Source: a virus
Direction: 5' to 3' (one strand)
Length of the DNA: 38,456 bases
Virus record (IMG/VR): IMGVR_UViG_3300045988_124250
The position numbers and the translations under genes are program-made. The notes under the pieces were generated by a model. The model made no database searches and was not told the origin of the DNA. It worked only from the letters and a program-made list of their open reading frames with translations. Position 1 is the first letter of the stretch; every line of letters starts with the position of its first letter. Positions 1 to 7,875 of this stretch are shown here, in pieces.

Positions 1-28
1 AAAAATGAAATGAAAAATGAAATGAAAA

Positions 29-412
29 ATGAAAAATGAATTCAGTTATGATGTATTAAAAAATAAATATGGTAAGAGAGTTGGCAATTATAAAGGTAGA
101 GATGTAATTGTTCGTTCAAAGTATGATGATTTGGGCGATAATGTTTACGTCTTATATGATTGTAATAACGCTTTCATTGTTGATGGCTATTGGATTGCGA
201 ATATCAGTGAAGATGGTAATTTAAATCGTAAATGGGAATCACCTTGGAAAAAGCAAAAACGGGCCTCGGCGGCGGCCAGGCCACTAGCGTGTCCTGAGGG
301 TGATGAGAGTGGCGAGAATGATATTAACCTTGATGTTGATACGTCTCTTGCTGATTCTCTTCTGGAATCGGCGTATAATGACATTTTGAGTGATTTGATG
401 TTTAAGGAATAA
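29..412 (+). CDS. hypothetical protein; only plus-strand gene in the left half, convergent with the early operons
   Basis: 127 aa ORF ending in TAA, immediately followed by a hairpin plus T9 terminator. Preceded by an AAAAATGAAATG tandem repeat. The start may lie upstream of the window. Confidence 0.4.
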   Translation: MKNEFSYDVLKNKYGKRVGNYKGRDVIVRSKYDDLGDNVYVLYDCNNAFIVDGYWIANISEDGNLNRKWESPWKKQKRASAAARPLACPEGDESGENDINLDVDTSLADSLLESAYNDILSDLMFKE

Positions 413-418
413 AAAAAA

Positions 419-450
419 TGGAGTGGCGATAAACCACTCCATTTTTTTTT
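419..450 (+). terminator. intrinsic terminator, possibly bidirectional
   Basis: tggagtgg-cgataaa-ccactcca stem-loop flanked by A8 on the left and T9 on the right, directly after the stop of 29..412. Confidence 0.7.
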
Positions 451-451
451 G

Positions 452-485
452 ACTTATGATGCTTTTTAACTTATGATGCTTTTTT
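452..485. repeat. 17 bp tandem direct repeat ACTTATGATGCTTTTTA x2
   Basis: Two perfect adjacent copies seen directly in the sequence. They sit in a ~300 bp AT-rich non-coding stretch (452-760). Confidence 0.8.
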
Positions 486-822
486 TTGAGTCCGAAGTCT
501 TTTGATTATTGTTTTATCTCCATAAAACTAGATTAAATAAACCTATTAGCGGGGTTTGATGAATATAGTTGTAAATAACGAATAATGAAACCTTATAATA
601 TTTTTTCTTAATAACAAAATGATTATGGTAGAATGATAAAAACTTTGAAAGAAAATGATGGAAGTTTGGTGCCCCCGCTCGGTACCAACTCATCACTCAA
701 TTTCATCGTTGTCGTCATCCTCTGAATTTTTCAAGATACCCTTTCTAAAAAACGTCGAGCCCAGGTATTCTAATCGCCAATTTCCCAAATGAAAAATACC
801 TGGGCCGACACGTTATTCGAAA

Positions 823-1197
823 TTAAATGCGAGAAATCCAGTCGTTGATGATTTCATCAACGGTTTTGCCCTTCTTGGTGGGCTTATCAGTTCTCGTCTC
901 AAAACGAAAACCGGGAATCTCAATCTTGAAATTGTGAGGGTCCTTATAGAACTTCAAGAAACTGTCCATTACCTTAATGACGTCCTCGCCCTTCAACTCT
1001 GCGCCCTTATAGCCGACATAGGCCGCATAGTCGTTGATAGCATCGGCAACCGCTTCCGCTCGGGCCATCTTTTCCTTGTCCTTCTTCTGGTCAGCATATG
1101 CCTTAGTGGCGTCATTCAGCATTGCAGTCATTTCCTTAGCAATATCCTCAGCGCTCTCGCCATTCATTAAGCGCGTCAGAATATCGTTCTTATTCAT
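823..1197 (-). CDS. hypothetical early protein (124 aa)
   Basis: ORF with an AAAGAGG Shine-Dalgarno 8 nt upstream of the ATG at 1197. Preceded by three tandem sigma70-like promoters. TAA stop. Confidence 0.6.
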   Translation of the reverse strand: MNKNDILTRLMNGESAEDIAKEMTAMLNDATKAYADQKKDKEKMARAEAVADAINDYAAYVGYKGAELKGEDVIKVMDSFLKFYKDPHNFKIEIPGFRFETRTDKPTKKGKTVDEIINDWISRI

Positions 1198-1229
1198 TAA
1201 AATAACCTCTTTTCATTTTGTATATACAT

Positions 1230-1258
1230 ATTATACAAAAAATTTTTTTAAAAGTCAA
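1230..1258 (-). promoter_or_regulatory. sigma70-like promoter TTGACT-N17-TATAAT (class with AAAAATTTTTTG spacer)
   Basis: Minus strand reads TTGACTtttaaaaaaattttttgTATAAT. The predicted start lies ~25 nt upstream of the SD of gene 823..1197. Confidence 0.6.
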
Positions 1259-1285
1259 GTGAGAAAAAAAATGGTTTTTTTTATC

Positions 1286-1314
1286 ATTATAACATAAATT
1301 TTTTTTTATGTCAA
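1286..1314 (-). promoter_or_regulatory. sigma70-like promoter TTGACA-N17-TATAAT
   Basis: Minus strand reads TTGACAtaaaaaaaaatttatgtTATAAT. Confidence 0.55.
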
Positions 1315-1469
1315 ACCGGGCGGTATATGGGTACCGAGCGGCGCTCGGTTTTGGGATTTTTGGGGCGCATATGAAGGCCGCTAGAATTACGGAAAATTTT
1401 CCATATGGGGGTACAGATCGGGAATTCGGACCGCAGCGCCCGCGCTCGGCCCGTTGTACCTCCCCTTTT

Positions 1470-1498
1470 AGTATACCACACCTGGCCCAATTTGTCAA
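1470..1498 (-). promoter_or_regulatory. sigma70-like promoter TTGACA-N17-TATACT preceding a 150 nt GC-rich leader
   Basis: Minus strand reads TTGACAaattgggccaggtgtggTATACT. It would transcribe the GC-rich palindromic segment 1320-1465. Confidence 0.5.
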
Positions 1499-1499
1499 T

Positions 1500-1543
1500 A
1501 GGCAAAATGAACAAAAATTAAGGGTGGATTTCTCCACCCTTAA
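1500..1543 (-). terminator. intrinsic terminator after the HD-domain gene
   Basis: Minus strand: stop TGA, then hairpin AAGGGTGGA-gaaa-TCCACCCTT, then AATTTTTGTTCATTTTG. Confidence 0.6.
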
Positions 1544-1545
1544 TT

Positions 1546-2154
1546 TCAATCCTCCCACGGCAGGTCGGGCGAAATTTCGTCCAGTTCCGCCTTGTCGTTA
1601 TAGTCAGCGGTGATTGCCGGAATGTCGATAAACGCTCGACTTGCCACATAGTCAGCCATGTGTACCAGTCTGTCGATAGGAGTGAAAGGTCTGTCCGCCT
1701 TGTTGGTAGTCCACTGACCCATGTGGGACTTGATGGCTTGTGTCAACTCATAGGGGCAGTCGCTCTCGAAAAAGACCAGCCACGAACGGCGTACTTGGTC
1801 AGCCGCCATTTCCCCGTGCTTGGGGTACAACTCCTTGTCGAACTCGTGTAAACCATACTTGGCTGTATCGTGGAGCAGACAGGCAACTCTTGCGTAGTCC
1901 TTGCGCTCGTCAGTGAGATACGCCCACTGGCTCATGCGGAGCAATTCCTCACAAAACCACGCGACCGCCTTAGTGTGGCGTACCAAACCGCCCTCGCCTT
2001 GACTCATAGCCGGATGGAACTTACCGGAAGAACTTGCGCCGATAGTCCAGAAATAGTCGGGAACGATACAGTCGAAGTAATAGCGCATGAATGAGCGCAA
2101 ATCCTCGGACTGAATGAACTCGATTTCGTGGTCAAAAAACTGGCTCTTATTCAT
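1546..2154 (-). CDS. HD-domain metal-dependent phosphohydrolase
   Basis: Contains ...ACLLHDTAKYGLHEF... (HD motif). Start chosen at the internal ATG 2154 with a GGAGG SD. The track ORF extends to 2304 but would overlap the promoter and hairpin. TGA stop. Confidence 0.6.
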   Translation of the reverse strand: MNKSQFFDHEIEFIQSEDLRSFMRYYFDCIVPDYFWTIGASSSGKFHPAMSQGEGGLVRHTKAVAWFCEELLRMSQWAYLTDERKDYARVACLLHDTAKYGLHEFDKELYPKHGEMAADQVRRSWLVFFESDCPYELTQAIKSHMGQWTTNKADRPFTPIDRLVHMADYVASRAFIDIPAITADYNDKAELDEISPDLPWED

Positions 2155-2280
2155 AGATGCCTCCGTGCTGTTGGTGGGTTCCAGCTCCCTCAGATTGTTT
2201 ATAGTATAGCGCATTTCGGGACAAAATGCAATAGTCAATTTATACAAACTTTCGCCGGAAAAATTGTTGAAAATGTGTAT

Positions 2281-2350
2281 TGACAAAAATGCCGGGCGCC
2301 ACATTCGTGAGCGCTCGACCCATTATACCACAGTCAGAGGGCGTTGTCAA
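2281..2350. promoter_or_regulatory. palindromic promoter-hairpin element (A-element, copy lacking the left TATAAT)
   Basis: ttgacaaaaatgcc-GGGCGCC-acattcgtga-GCGCTCG-acccATTATACCAca...tgtcaa. The minus strand carries TTGACA-N17-TATAATGGG reading into the hairpin. Confidence 0.55.
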
Positions 2351-2377
2351 TAGTCAAATTAAATAAAAAAATTGCTC

Positions 2378-2719
2378 TCAATCGAGAGCAATTTGGTAAG
2401 TTCGACGAATGGTAATTTCAACAGATTTCGGCTTCACAGGACACGCAAATCTGTCATTTCTCACAAACACGCCGTATCCCTTTTTCTGCCAGTTCTCACG
2501 ATTTTTGTCCTCGTATCGCAAAGTGTTATACTTGGAGAGCGGTAGCGAAAAATCGTAAATAAATTCAGAATTGCGCGGTAAACGGTGAACGGCGGTTTTG
2601 CGGTAGTTCCTCGTGTGTTCCTGTTGTCTGCGCTTTAAGTCGTTAGTCGTGCCTATTTTCAGAATGTAGACACCATTTTCATCATAATAGTGTCCAACAT
2701 ACAAAAATTCCTTGTTTTT
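2378..2719 (-). CDS. small standalone GIY-YIG domain protein
   Basis: ...NGVYILKIGTTNDLKRRQQEH... matches the GIY-(10)-YIG..N..KRR..H nuclease motif. The protein has no internal Met. The probable GTG start has a GAGGA SD; the track ORF uses TTG at 2776. Confidence 0.45.
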   Translation of the reverse strand, partial: KNKEFLYVGHYYDENGVYILKIGTTNDLKRRQQEHTRNYRKTAVHRLPRNSEFIYDFSLPLSKYNTLRYEDKNRENWQKKGYGVFVRNDRFACPVKPKSVEITIRRTYQIALD

Positions 2720-2772
2720 CACACTTTTTTCCTCGATTTCCGGGGAAAATGGGGGATTTCTCCCCCATTTTC

Positions 2773-3171
2773 TCAACTTTTCGGCTTGCGCTTCTGCACA
2801 AGCGTCAGTTCATAGGAATTTTCACCAACTGAAAACGCAATCTGTCTCTCTTTGTTGGTAATTTCCACATTTTCACAGGCATTTTCGCTGTTTTCGGTCA
2901 AAAATGTTGCCAATTCAGCGATAATAGCCGCTTTCGTGGGATTTGCCTTGCGCTCTCTCGTGGTGAATTTGTATGCGGTGGGGGTCTTGCGTGTGCCAGT
3001 CTTGGCGAATTTTTGAGCGATTTTGAGCTGTTCTTTCGACAGGTCAAAATCCTGTTTCTTGCCCTTGTCGATTTCTCGGTCAGAGTTCCACACGGCTTCC
3101 GCTTCATCGGCAGTCCAGCCCATTTTCGCCATAGCGTTTTTCAGCCATTCGGTTTTGGAAATGTCAGCCAT
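2773..3171 (-). CDS. hypothetical protein, paralog of 5319..5675
   Basis: Shares ...TPTAYKFTTRERKANPTK... with PTAYKFAPRERKANLTK in 5319..5675. TGA stop. Confidence 0.55.
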   Translation of the reverse strand: MADISKTEWLKNAMAKMGWTADEAEAVWNSDREIDKGKKQDFDLSKEQLKIAQKFAKTGTRKTPTAYKFTTRERKANPTKAAIIAELATFLTENSENACENVEITNKERQIAFSVGENSYELTLVQKRKPKS

Positions 3172-3232
3172 AAAACACCGCCTTTTCAGATTTTAGGGGA
3201 GAGAGGGGGAGAGGTTATCTCCCCCTCTTGTC

Positions 3233-3652
3233 TCACTTGGCGGTGAAATACGCCTTGCGCTTATCCTCGATACGCTCTGCCAGACCGTCAATGACCATCT
3301 GACGCACCAGAGAGGAAACCTTCTGATTGGACGCATCGGCGATAGCGGGGACAGACTTCATCAGAGCGGAGACGGTGTACTTCTCGCCCTTGTGGGCGTC
3401 CAGGAACGCCTTGATGTCAGCCTTGATACCCTCGTTTGCCAGCTGGGTGGCGGTGGGCTTCTTGTCCACGGTGTTCTTGCGGTCGAGCAGTTCCAGCTCG
3501 TGGTTCAGGAAGCCCGCCACATCAGCACCGGAAACCTTGACAGTGGCATCGCCCTTGGGAATGTCATAAGTGGCGTCCATATCCACCTTGGACAGAATGG
3601 CGGTGAAGTAGTCGCGCTTGGTCAGGCGCACAGAGGAAGTAGTGTTAGTCAT
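3233..3652 (-). CDS. hypothetical protein, paralog of 5729..6109
   Basis: C-terminus ...SNQKVSSLVRQMVIDGLAERIEDKRKAYF matches SNQKLSSLVRQMVLDKQVERVEDKRKAFF. Start MTNTTSS with the conserved AAAGGGTTGATACT-ATG initiation region. Confidence 0.6.
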   Translation of the reverse strand: MTNTTSSVRLTKRDYFTAILSKVDMDATYDIPKGDATVKVSGADVAGFLNHELELLDRKNTVDKKPTATQLANEGIKADIKAFLDAHKGEKYTVSALMKSVPAIADASNQKVSSLVRQMVIDGLAERIEDKRKAYFTAK

Positions 3653-3720
3653 AGTATCAACCCTTTCTGCGTTTTTAGGTGTCGCCCACCATATTGTTGT
3701 TTCCCTCTTGGAACATCTAT

Positions 3721-3749
3721 ATTCTAACACATATCCGAAGCCTTGTCAA
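3721..3749 (-). promoter_or_regulatory. sigma70-like promoter TTGACA-N17-TAGAAT
   Basis: Minus strand TTGACA at 3749-3744 and TAGAAT at 3726-3721, proximal to gene 3233..3652. Confidence 0.5.
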
Positions 3750-3916
3750 GACTTTTTTTCGGATTTGTGGAATTTTTTTAAGGTACACGCCCCGCCGGAA
3801 GGTCTTACCCTCTCCCTTGGAACAATTATATATTACCACACCCTTGGGCAAATTACAATAGTCAATACTCACAAAAAATGGGATTTTCAACATCTAAAAT
3901 TTGTGCAAAAAAACAC

Positions 3917-4011
3917 TTGACAAAATTTGTGCCGCGTGGTATAATGGAAATTTCGGGCGCCACGTTCGTGAGCGCCCGACCCATTATACCACATTTGAGC
4001 GCATTTGTCAA
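3917..4011. promoter_or_regulatory. 95 bp perfect-architecture A-element: convergent TTGACA-N17-TATAATGG promoters on both strands around a 7 bp GC hairpin
   Basis: Plus: TTGACA(3917)-17-TATAAT(3940)-GG-aaatttc-CGGGCGC-cacgttcgtga-GCGCCCG-accc-ATTATA(3983)-17-TGTCAA(4006). The whole unit is an extended inverted repeat. Confidence 0.65.
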
Positions 4012-4017
4012 TAGGCA

Positions 4018-4058
4018 AAATACACAAAAATAAACCAGCGTAGTTGGCTACTACGCTG
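4018..4058 (-). terminator. intrinsic terminator
   Basis: Minus strand hairpin AACCAGCGTAGT-agcc-AACTACGCTGGTT followed by TATTTTTGTGTATTTTG. Confidence 0.6.
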
Positions 4059-4384
4059 GTTCCCCTGTTGATGTTCGCCAGCCGTCCGGACAGCCAGCCC
4101 ACTTCTACACAGCAGACCCAAAACCGGGGCGCAAAGCCCATTATGGAGGGGTCTTTCTCGGCACGCGGTGAATGTGGTTAGAACTTCGTACCCAGTCCCA
4201 ATTTCTAACGAGAGGTTCAAGATGGCGGTTGAGAAGAAATTATTGAGTGGGACAAACACTCTATTAAACTCCATCTTGGCTGGGGCATAAATATAATCAA
4301 TCATTAAACTATCTAATCAAACAATGATTGACTACTAAGGTGGTCGATACAATCGCCATTTCATTTTTCTCACCTCACAATGTT

Positions 4385-4420
4385 AGTATAGCACAGGCGG
4401 AGCGGTTTGTCAAGAGTTTT
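4385..4420 (-). promoter_or_regulatory. sigma70-like promoter TTGACA-N17-TATACT flanked by CTCTTGACA inverted repeat
   Basis: Minus strand reads ctcTTGACAaaccgctccgcctgtgcTATACT. It heads a ~330 nt minus-strand transcript (4388 to 4060) with no credible ORF. Confidence 0.5.
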
Positions 4421-4422
4421 TT

Positions 4423-5103
4423 TCAAAATTCTAACTCGTCCTGAACGCCATAGCCAGAGAAATCGAGGATAACAGGAGAAATGCCAATGTATCCAATGTT
4501 TGAGCCGTGGAGGTCGTTTATGTGATACTTCTTGACGAACTCACAGAGGGCGATAACCTTGCGCTTACCGTAGAGGGAAACGGCGACTTTTGCCCACAAT
4601 CCATCGAGGTCGCGCCCATAGCCATTTTGGTCTGCCTTGCGGAACTGTCGCTCAATCTGATTAACTCGGCAGTCAGGAACAGTCTTTGCGATACGGACGA
4701 GACGCCCTTGCAGTCCGCCCTCTGCCCAGCAGATTTTATGAGCACTGTTAGTAATAATCTGTTGAGCAGTGAACGCAATCGCTTCACCATCACGAGGGGA
4801 GACAATGTAGCCAGCCAACATAGTGGCGGGGAAAAAATCGGCGAGGTTGGCGTCTACGGCTTTCTGATACACAGCCACTTCCCGCTCTGCGTCCCGCGTC
4901 TCCATAGACCATTTGAGAACATAGCCCAATTCAGGGAACACCAGACATTCCTTGGTCGCACCGTTGCTGGTGACTATCTTGACATTAGGATATTCGTTGT
5001 GAATAACGCGACACAAATCGTCAGCGCACTTGACCAGTCTCGGCTTTTCAGATACCGCCTGCTGAATGGTCAGGATAAAATCCTGAACTCTCGGAAACTC
5101 CAT
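4423..5103 (-). CDS. hypothetical early protein (226 aa)
   Basis: AAGGAG SD 8 nt before the ATG at 5103. TGA stop. No motif recognised. Confidence 0.6.
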   Translation of the reverse strand: MEFPRVQDFILTIQQAVSEKPRLVKCADDLCRVIHNEYPNVKIVTSNGATKECLVFPELGYVLKWSMETRDAEREVAVYQKAVDANLADFFPATMLAGYIVSPRDGEAIAFTAQQIITNSAHKICWAEGGLQGRLVRIAKTVPDCRVNQIERQFRKADQNGYGRDLDGLWAKVAVSLYGKRKVIALCEFVKKYHINDLHGSNIGYIGISPVILDFSGYGVQDELEF

Positions 5104-5179
5104 CGTTCATCGCTCCTTTCAGTATCATCATTATAACACATTACAGGAGAATTACAATAGGTAAAATGCACAAAATTTT

Positions 5180-5276
5180 GCGGAAAAAATTTCTGAAATT
5201 GTATAATGTGCCGAAAACCGGGTGCCAGGACCGTAAGCGCCCGGCCGATTATACCACACGCGCTCTGATTTGTCAA
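5180..5276. promoter_or_regulatory. A-element copy
   Basis: TATAAT(5202)...CCGGGTGCC-aggaccgtaa-GCGCCCGG...ATTATA(5248)-17-TGTCAA(5271). The minus-strand promoter drives 4423..5103. Confidence 0.55.
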
Positions 5277-5318
5277 TAGGTAAAAATGCATAAAAAAAAT
5301 GAGGGAGATTTCTCTCCC

Positions 5319-5675
5319 TCACTTGCGCGGACACGACAGCACAACCTTGTATTTTGTTCCATCAAGCGTGAATAAAAATTCGCGCTCCGCGTTGCTCATG
5401 TTCAGGTCAGTCGCGCCGTATGTGGTCAGTGTCTCGGTCAGCAAGGTGATAATGCCCTGCTTCGTGAGATTAGCCTTTCTTTCTCTTGGTGCGAACTTGT
5501 ATGCGGTCGGCTGGCGTCCTACTCCACGCGCTTTCTTGCTTGCCTTTTCCTGTTCCTCGGTCAGCGGAAACGGATTGCCGCCCTTGTCGATAATAGCATC
5601 TTGGACAATAATATCCTTGGCTTCGGCTTCGGTGCAATCCAGCTTTCGCATAAGGTCGGCAATACGCTCATTCAT
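5319..5675 (-). CDS. hypothetical protein, paralog of 2773..3171
   Basis: Start MNERIADL with an AAGGAG SD. TGA stop. Confidence 0.55.
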   Translation of the reverse strand: MNERIADLMRKLDCTEAEAKDIIVQDAIIDKGGNPFPLTEEQEKASKKARGVGRQPTAYKFAPRERKANLTKQGIITLLTETLTTYGATDLNMSNAEREFLFTLDGTKYKVVLSCPRK

Positions 5676-5728
5676 GCGCTTACTCCTTTCGGGGATAGGG
5701 TGGGGATTTCTCCCCACCCTTGGGCGGT

Positions 5729-6109
5729 TTACTCGCTCACCTTGCGGAAGAACGCCTTGCGCTTATCCTCCACGCGCTCCACCTGCTTGTCCAGCACCAT
5801 CTGCCGAACGAGGGAGGACAGCTTCTGATTGCTCATGTCCTTGCAGACGGGGAACTCTTTGAGCATCTCGCTGATGGAATACAGGCGGTCGCGCTCCATA
5901 GCGGACAGGACAGTGGTCTTGATGACCTCATTCTCCTGCTGGGTCTTGGTGGGCTTCTTGTCCACGGTGTTCTTGCGGTCGAGCAGGTCGATTTCGTGGG
6001 TGATGAACTCCACCAGCTTGGGGTCAGCCTTAACCTCGGACAGTTTCAGCAGGGCGGTGAAATTGTCGCGCTTGGTGGGCTTGCGGGTGGTGGTGTTAGT
6101 GTTAGCCAT
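5729..6109 (-). CDS. hypothetical protein, paralog of 3233..3652
   Basis: Start MANTNTTT with the AAAGGAATTGATACT-ATG initiation region. TAA stop. Confidence 0.6.
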   Translation of the reverse strand: MANTNTTTRKPTKRDNFTALLKLSEVKADPKLVEFITHEIDLLDRKNTVDKKPTKTQQENEVIKTTVLSAMERDRLYSISEMLKEFPVCKDMSNQKLSSLVRQMVLDKQVERVEDKRKAFFRKVSE

Positions 6110-6149
6110 AGTATCAATTCCTTTCTCCATTTGGTTTTGAGGGCTTTGC

Positions 6150-6750
6150 CCTCCTGACATTATCTATTATAACAGCTTGCGCTGGGATTGTCAAGAGTTT
6201 TTTTCAAAATTCTTGATTTTTTTTGATAGTGCCAACAGGGGAACGCTCCACAAGTATTCACAACGACTTACTGCCCCGACCTGACGGATAAAGTCTTGCC
6301 GTGTTATTGCGTCGCAGTCCGGTTAGAGGTTCCGGTCTGTCCCTTGCTCACATCATGCTCATTTTCCGTTCAACGTATGGCCTTACCGCGCTGGTGTAGG
6401 GCCTACTTCCTTTACTTTCGCACGGTTCGCGACCCGCGGATTTCTTGGGTGGGGCTGTTCCCCTCTTGACATTATCAATTATAACACAGGTGCTGGGGAT
6501 TGTCAAGAGGTTTTTTGAAATTTTTTCAAATTTCTGAAACCTGTCTACATAGGTGACACATTAGACGCATCTGCCGTGCCATTCCCCTCTTGACATTATC
6601 CATTATAGCACAGGTGCTTGGGATTGTCAAGAGGGAAAATGCGGGTCAGTTACCGAGTTATCACACCCGCCAGCGTGGCTCTTGCGAGGCGACTTGCTGT
6701 TCCCTCTTGACATTATGTAGTATAACACAGGTAGGCATGGATTACAATAG
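6150..6750 (-). repeat. array of four tandem ~50 bp promoter repeats (CTCTTGACA-N29-TGTCAAGAG inverted-repeat units) with ORF-free spacers
   Basis: Units lie at ~6150-6200, 6455-6512, 6585-6640 and 6700-6750. Each reads on the minus strand as ctcTTGACA-atccc(a/c)agcacctgtg(t/c)-TATAAT; the last copy is degenerate. No ORF of 60 aa or more on either strand between 6160 and 6945. Confidence 0.6.
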
Positions 6751-6805
6751 GTAAACTATACAAGTTTCGGGAAAAATAAATAAAAAAATTTGTGCAAAAA
6801 AACTC

Positions 6806-6900
6806 TTGACAAAATTGCTGACGGGGTGTATAATGGTGAATTCCGGCCGAGACGCGCGAAATCGGCCGGCCATTATACCACACCCAGGCGCATTTGTCAA
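6806..6900. promoter_or_regulatory. A-element copy with a different hairpin sequence but the same architecture
   Basis: TTGACA(6806)-17-TATAAT(6829)-GG-...CCGGCCGA-gacgcgcgaaa-TCGGCCGG...ATTATA(6872)-17-TGTCAA(6895). The stem sequence differs from A3, so the stem-loop is maintained as structure rather than as primary sequence. Confidence 0.6.
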
Positions 6901-6945
6901 TAGGTAAAAATGCATAAAAAATGAGGGGAAAATCCCCTCATTTTT

Positions 6946-7479
6946 TTAGTCTATCTGACAAGCGAGAAATGCGTCCCGCTTTTCGTTCAGGTTTGCGATT
7001 TCGCCCGCCAGCGCGTCAGCCCTCATAGCCAACAGACGCCCATAGCCCTTGCGCCAGTTCAGCATACCAGCGGGATTGACCGTGTAAATAAGCTTCTCCT
7101 TTTCCACGGTCTTGGTGTCCTTGCGCTCAACGCGGAAGTCCTGACCATTCAGAGCCAGCAGAGCGGACTGTGCCACTTCCGGCAAACGCATCCAGTTGTA
7201 CTCGGTCATCAGGGCGTTGCCATTCTTGTCAATCATCCAGCTTTCCGCGTCCCACGGGTCGAGCTTGATTTCCTTGGTGGTCTGTTCGGTGCGTACCACC
7301 TTAATGATACCCTCGTCCCGCAGGAACGACAGGGAATTGTAGGTGTACCGCCGGTAGTCGTGCTTTGCTTTGGAGAAGTCCTCGGAAGTGAACTCCTTGT
7401 TTCCGAACAGGTCTACCAGCCATTTGTAGGTCTTGACCGTGCGGTTGAAATTTCTGAGGTTAGCATAGCGAGCTTTCAT
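6946..7479 (-). CDS. hypothetical early protein
   Basis: Start MKARYANLRNF with a GAAAAGGAG SD. TAA stop. Confidence 0.55.
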   Translation of the reverse strand: MKARYANLRNFNRTVKTYKWLVDLFGNKEFTSEDFSKAKHDYRRYTYNSLSFLRDEGIIKVVRTEQTTKEIKLDPWDAESWMIDKNGNALMTEYNWMRLPEVAQSALLALNGQDFRVERKDTKTVEKEKLIYTVNPAGMLNWRKGYGRLLAMRADALAGEIANLNEKRDAFLACQID

Positions 7480-7592
7480 AGTTTTTTCTCCTTTTCTATT
7501 GGTGGGGCTTACCATCGTTTCCCCTACCTTGAATTTGTAATGTTATTATAGCATGGAATGGGGGCGTTGTCAACCCCCATTCCAAACTTTTT

Positions 7593-7808
7593 TTACGGGG
7601 TGTCGTGCTTGCGGTATTCAGTCAGGTCAGGGTCGCCAATCCATTCGGAAAAATCAACCCAATAGTCGAACACATGGAGAATTTCGATTTCATCAGGTTC
7701 AAACACCCCGCCACAACAGGCGCAGATTACAAAACCGTTTTCAAGCTGAATACCAGCTTGAACACCATCGGAATGGTCGCCCTTAAAAAGCACTTGCTTA
7801 ATAGGCAT
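7593..7808 (-). CDS. small Cys-containing protein (71 aa)
   Basis: AAGGAGG SD. Contains ICACCGGVFEP. Confidence 0.5.
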   Translation of the reverse strand: MPIKQVLFKGDHSDGVQAGIQLENGFVICACCGGVFEPDEIEILHVFDYWVDFSEWIGDPDLTEYRKHDTP

Positions 7809-7875
7809 TTCGCTTACCTCCTTGTCTTAGTATAGCCATTATACCACATGAGAAAGGGGCTGTCAAGCCCCAATC

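Noticed and set aside
1546-2304. Full-length track ORF for the HD-domain gene starting at 2304
   Set aside because: The extra 50 N-terminal codons overlap the promoter -10, +1 and the 5' hairpin of the A-element. The internal ATG at 2154 has a GGAGG SD.
2740-2770. GGGGATTTCTCCCC-type hairpins (also 1521, 5309, 5698, 13177 and 3207) as a distinct protein-binding motif
   Set aside because: The 'conserved loop' is simply the centre of the GGGGA....TCCCC terminator stems placed after stop codons, so these are ordinary intrinsic terminators of one sequence family.
6310-6345. Possible amber-suppressor tRNA: minus-strand ...CCGG-AACCUCUAACC-GG... contains a CUA triplet flanked by U and A, as in an anticodon loop
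   Set aside because: I could not assemble acceptor, D and T arms around it (no GTTCRANYC T-loop nearby, and the loop would be 9 nt). It is noted only as a place to run tRNAscan-SE.
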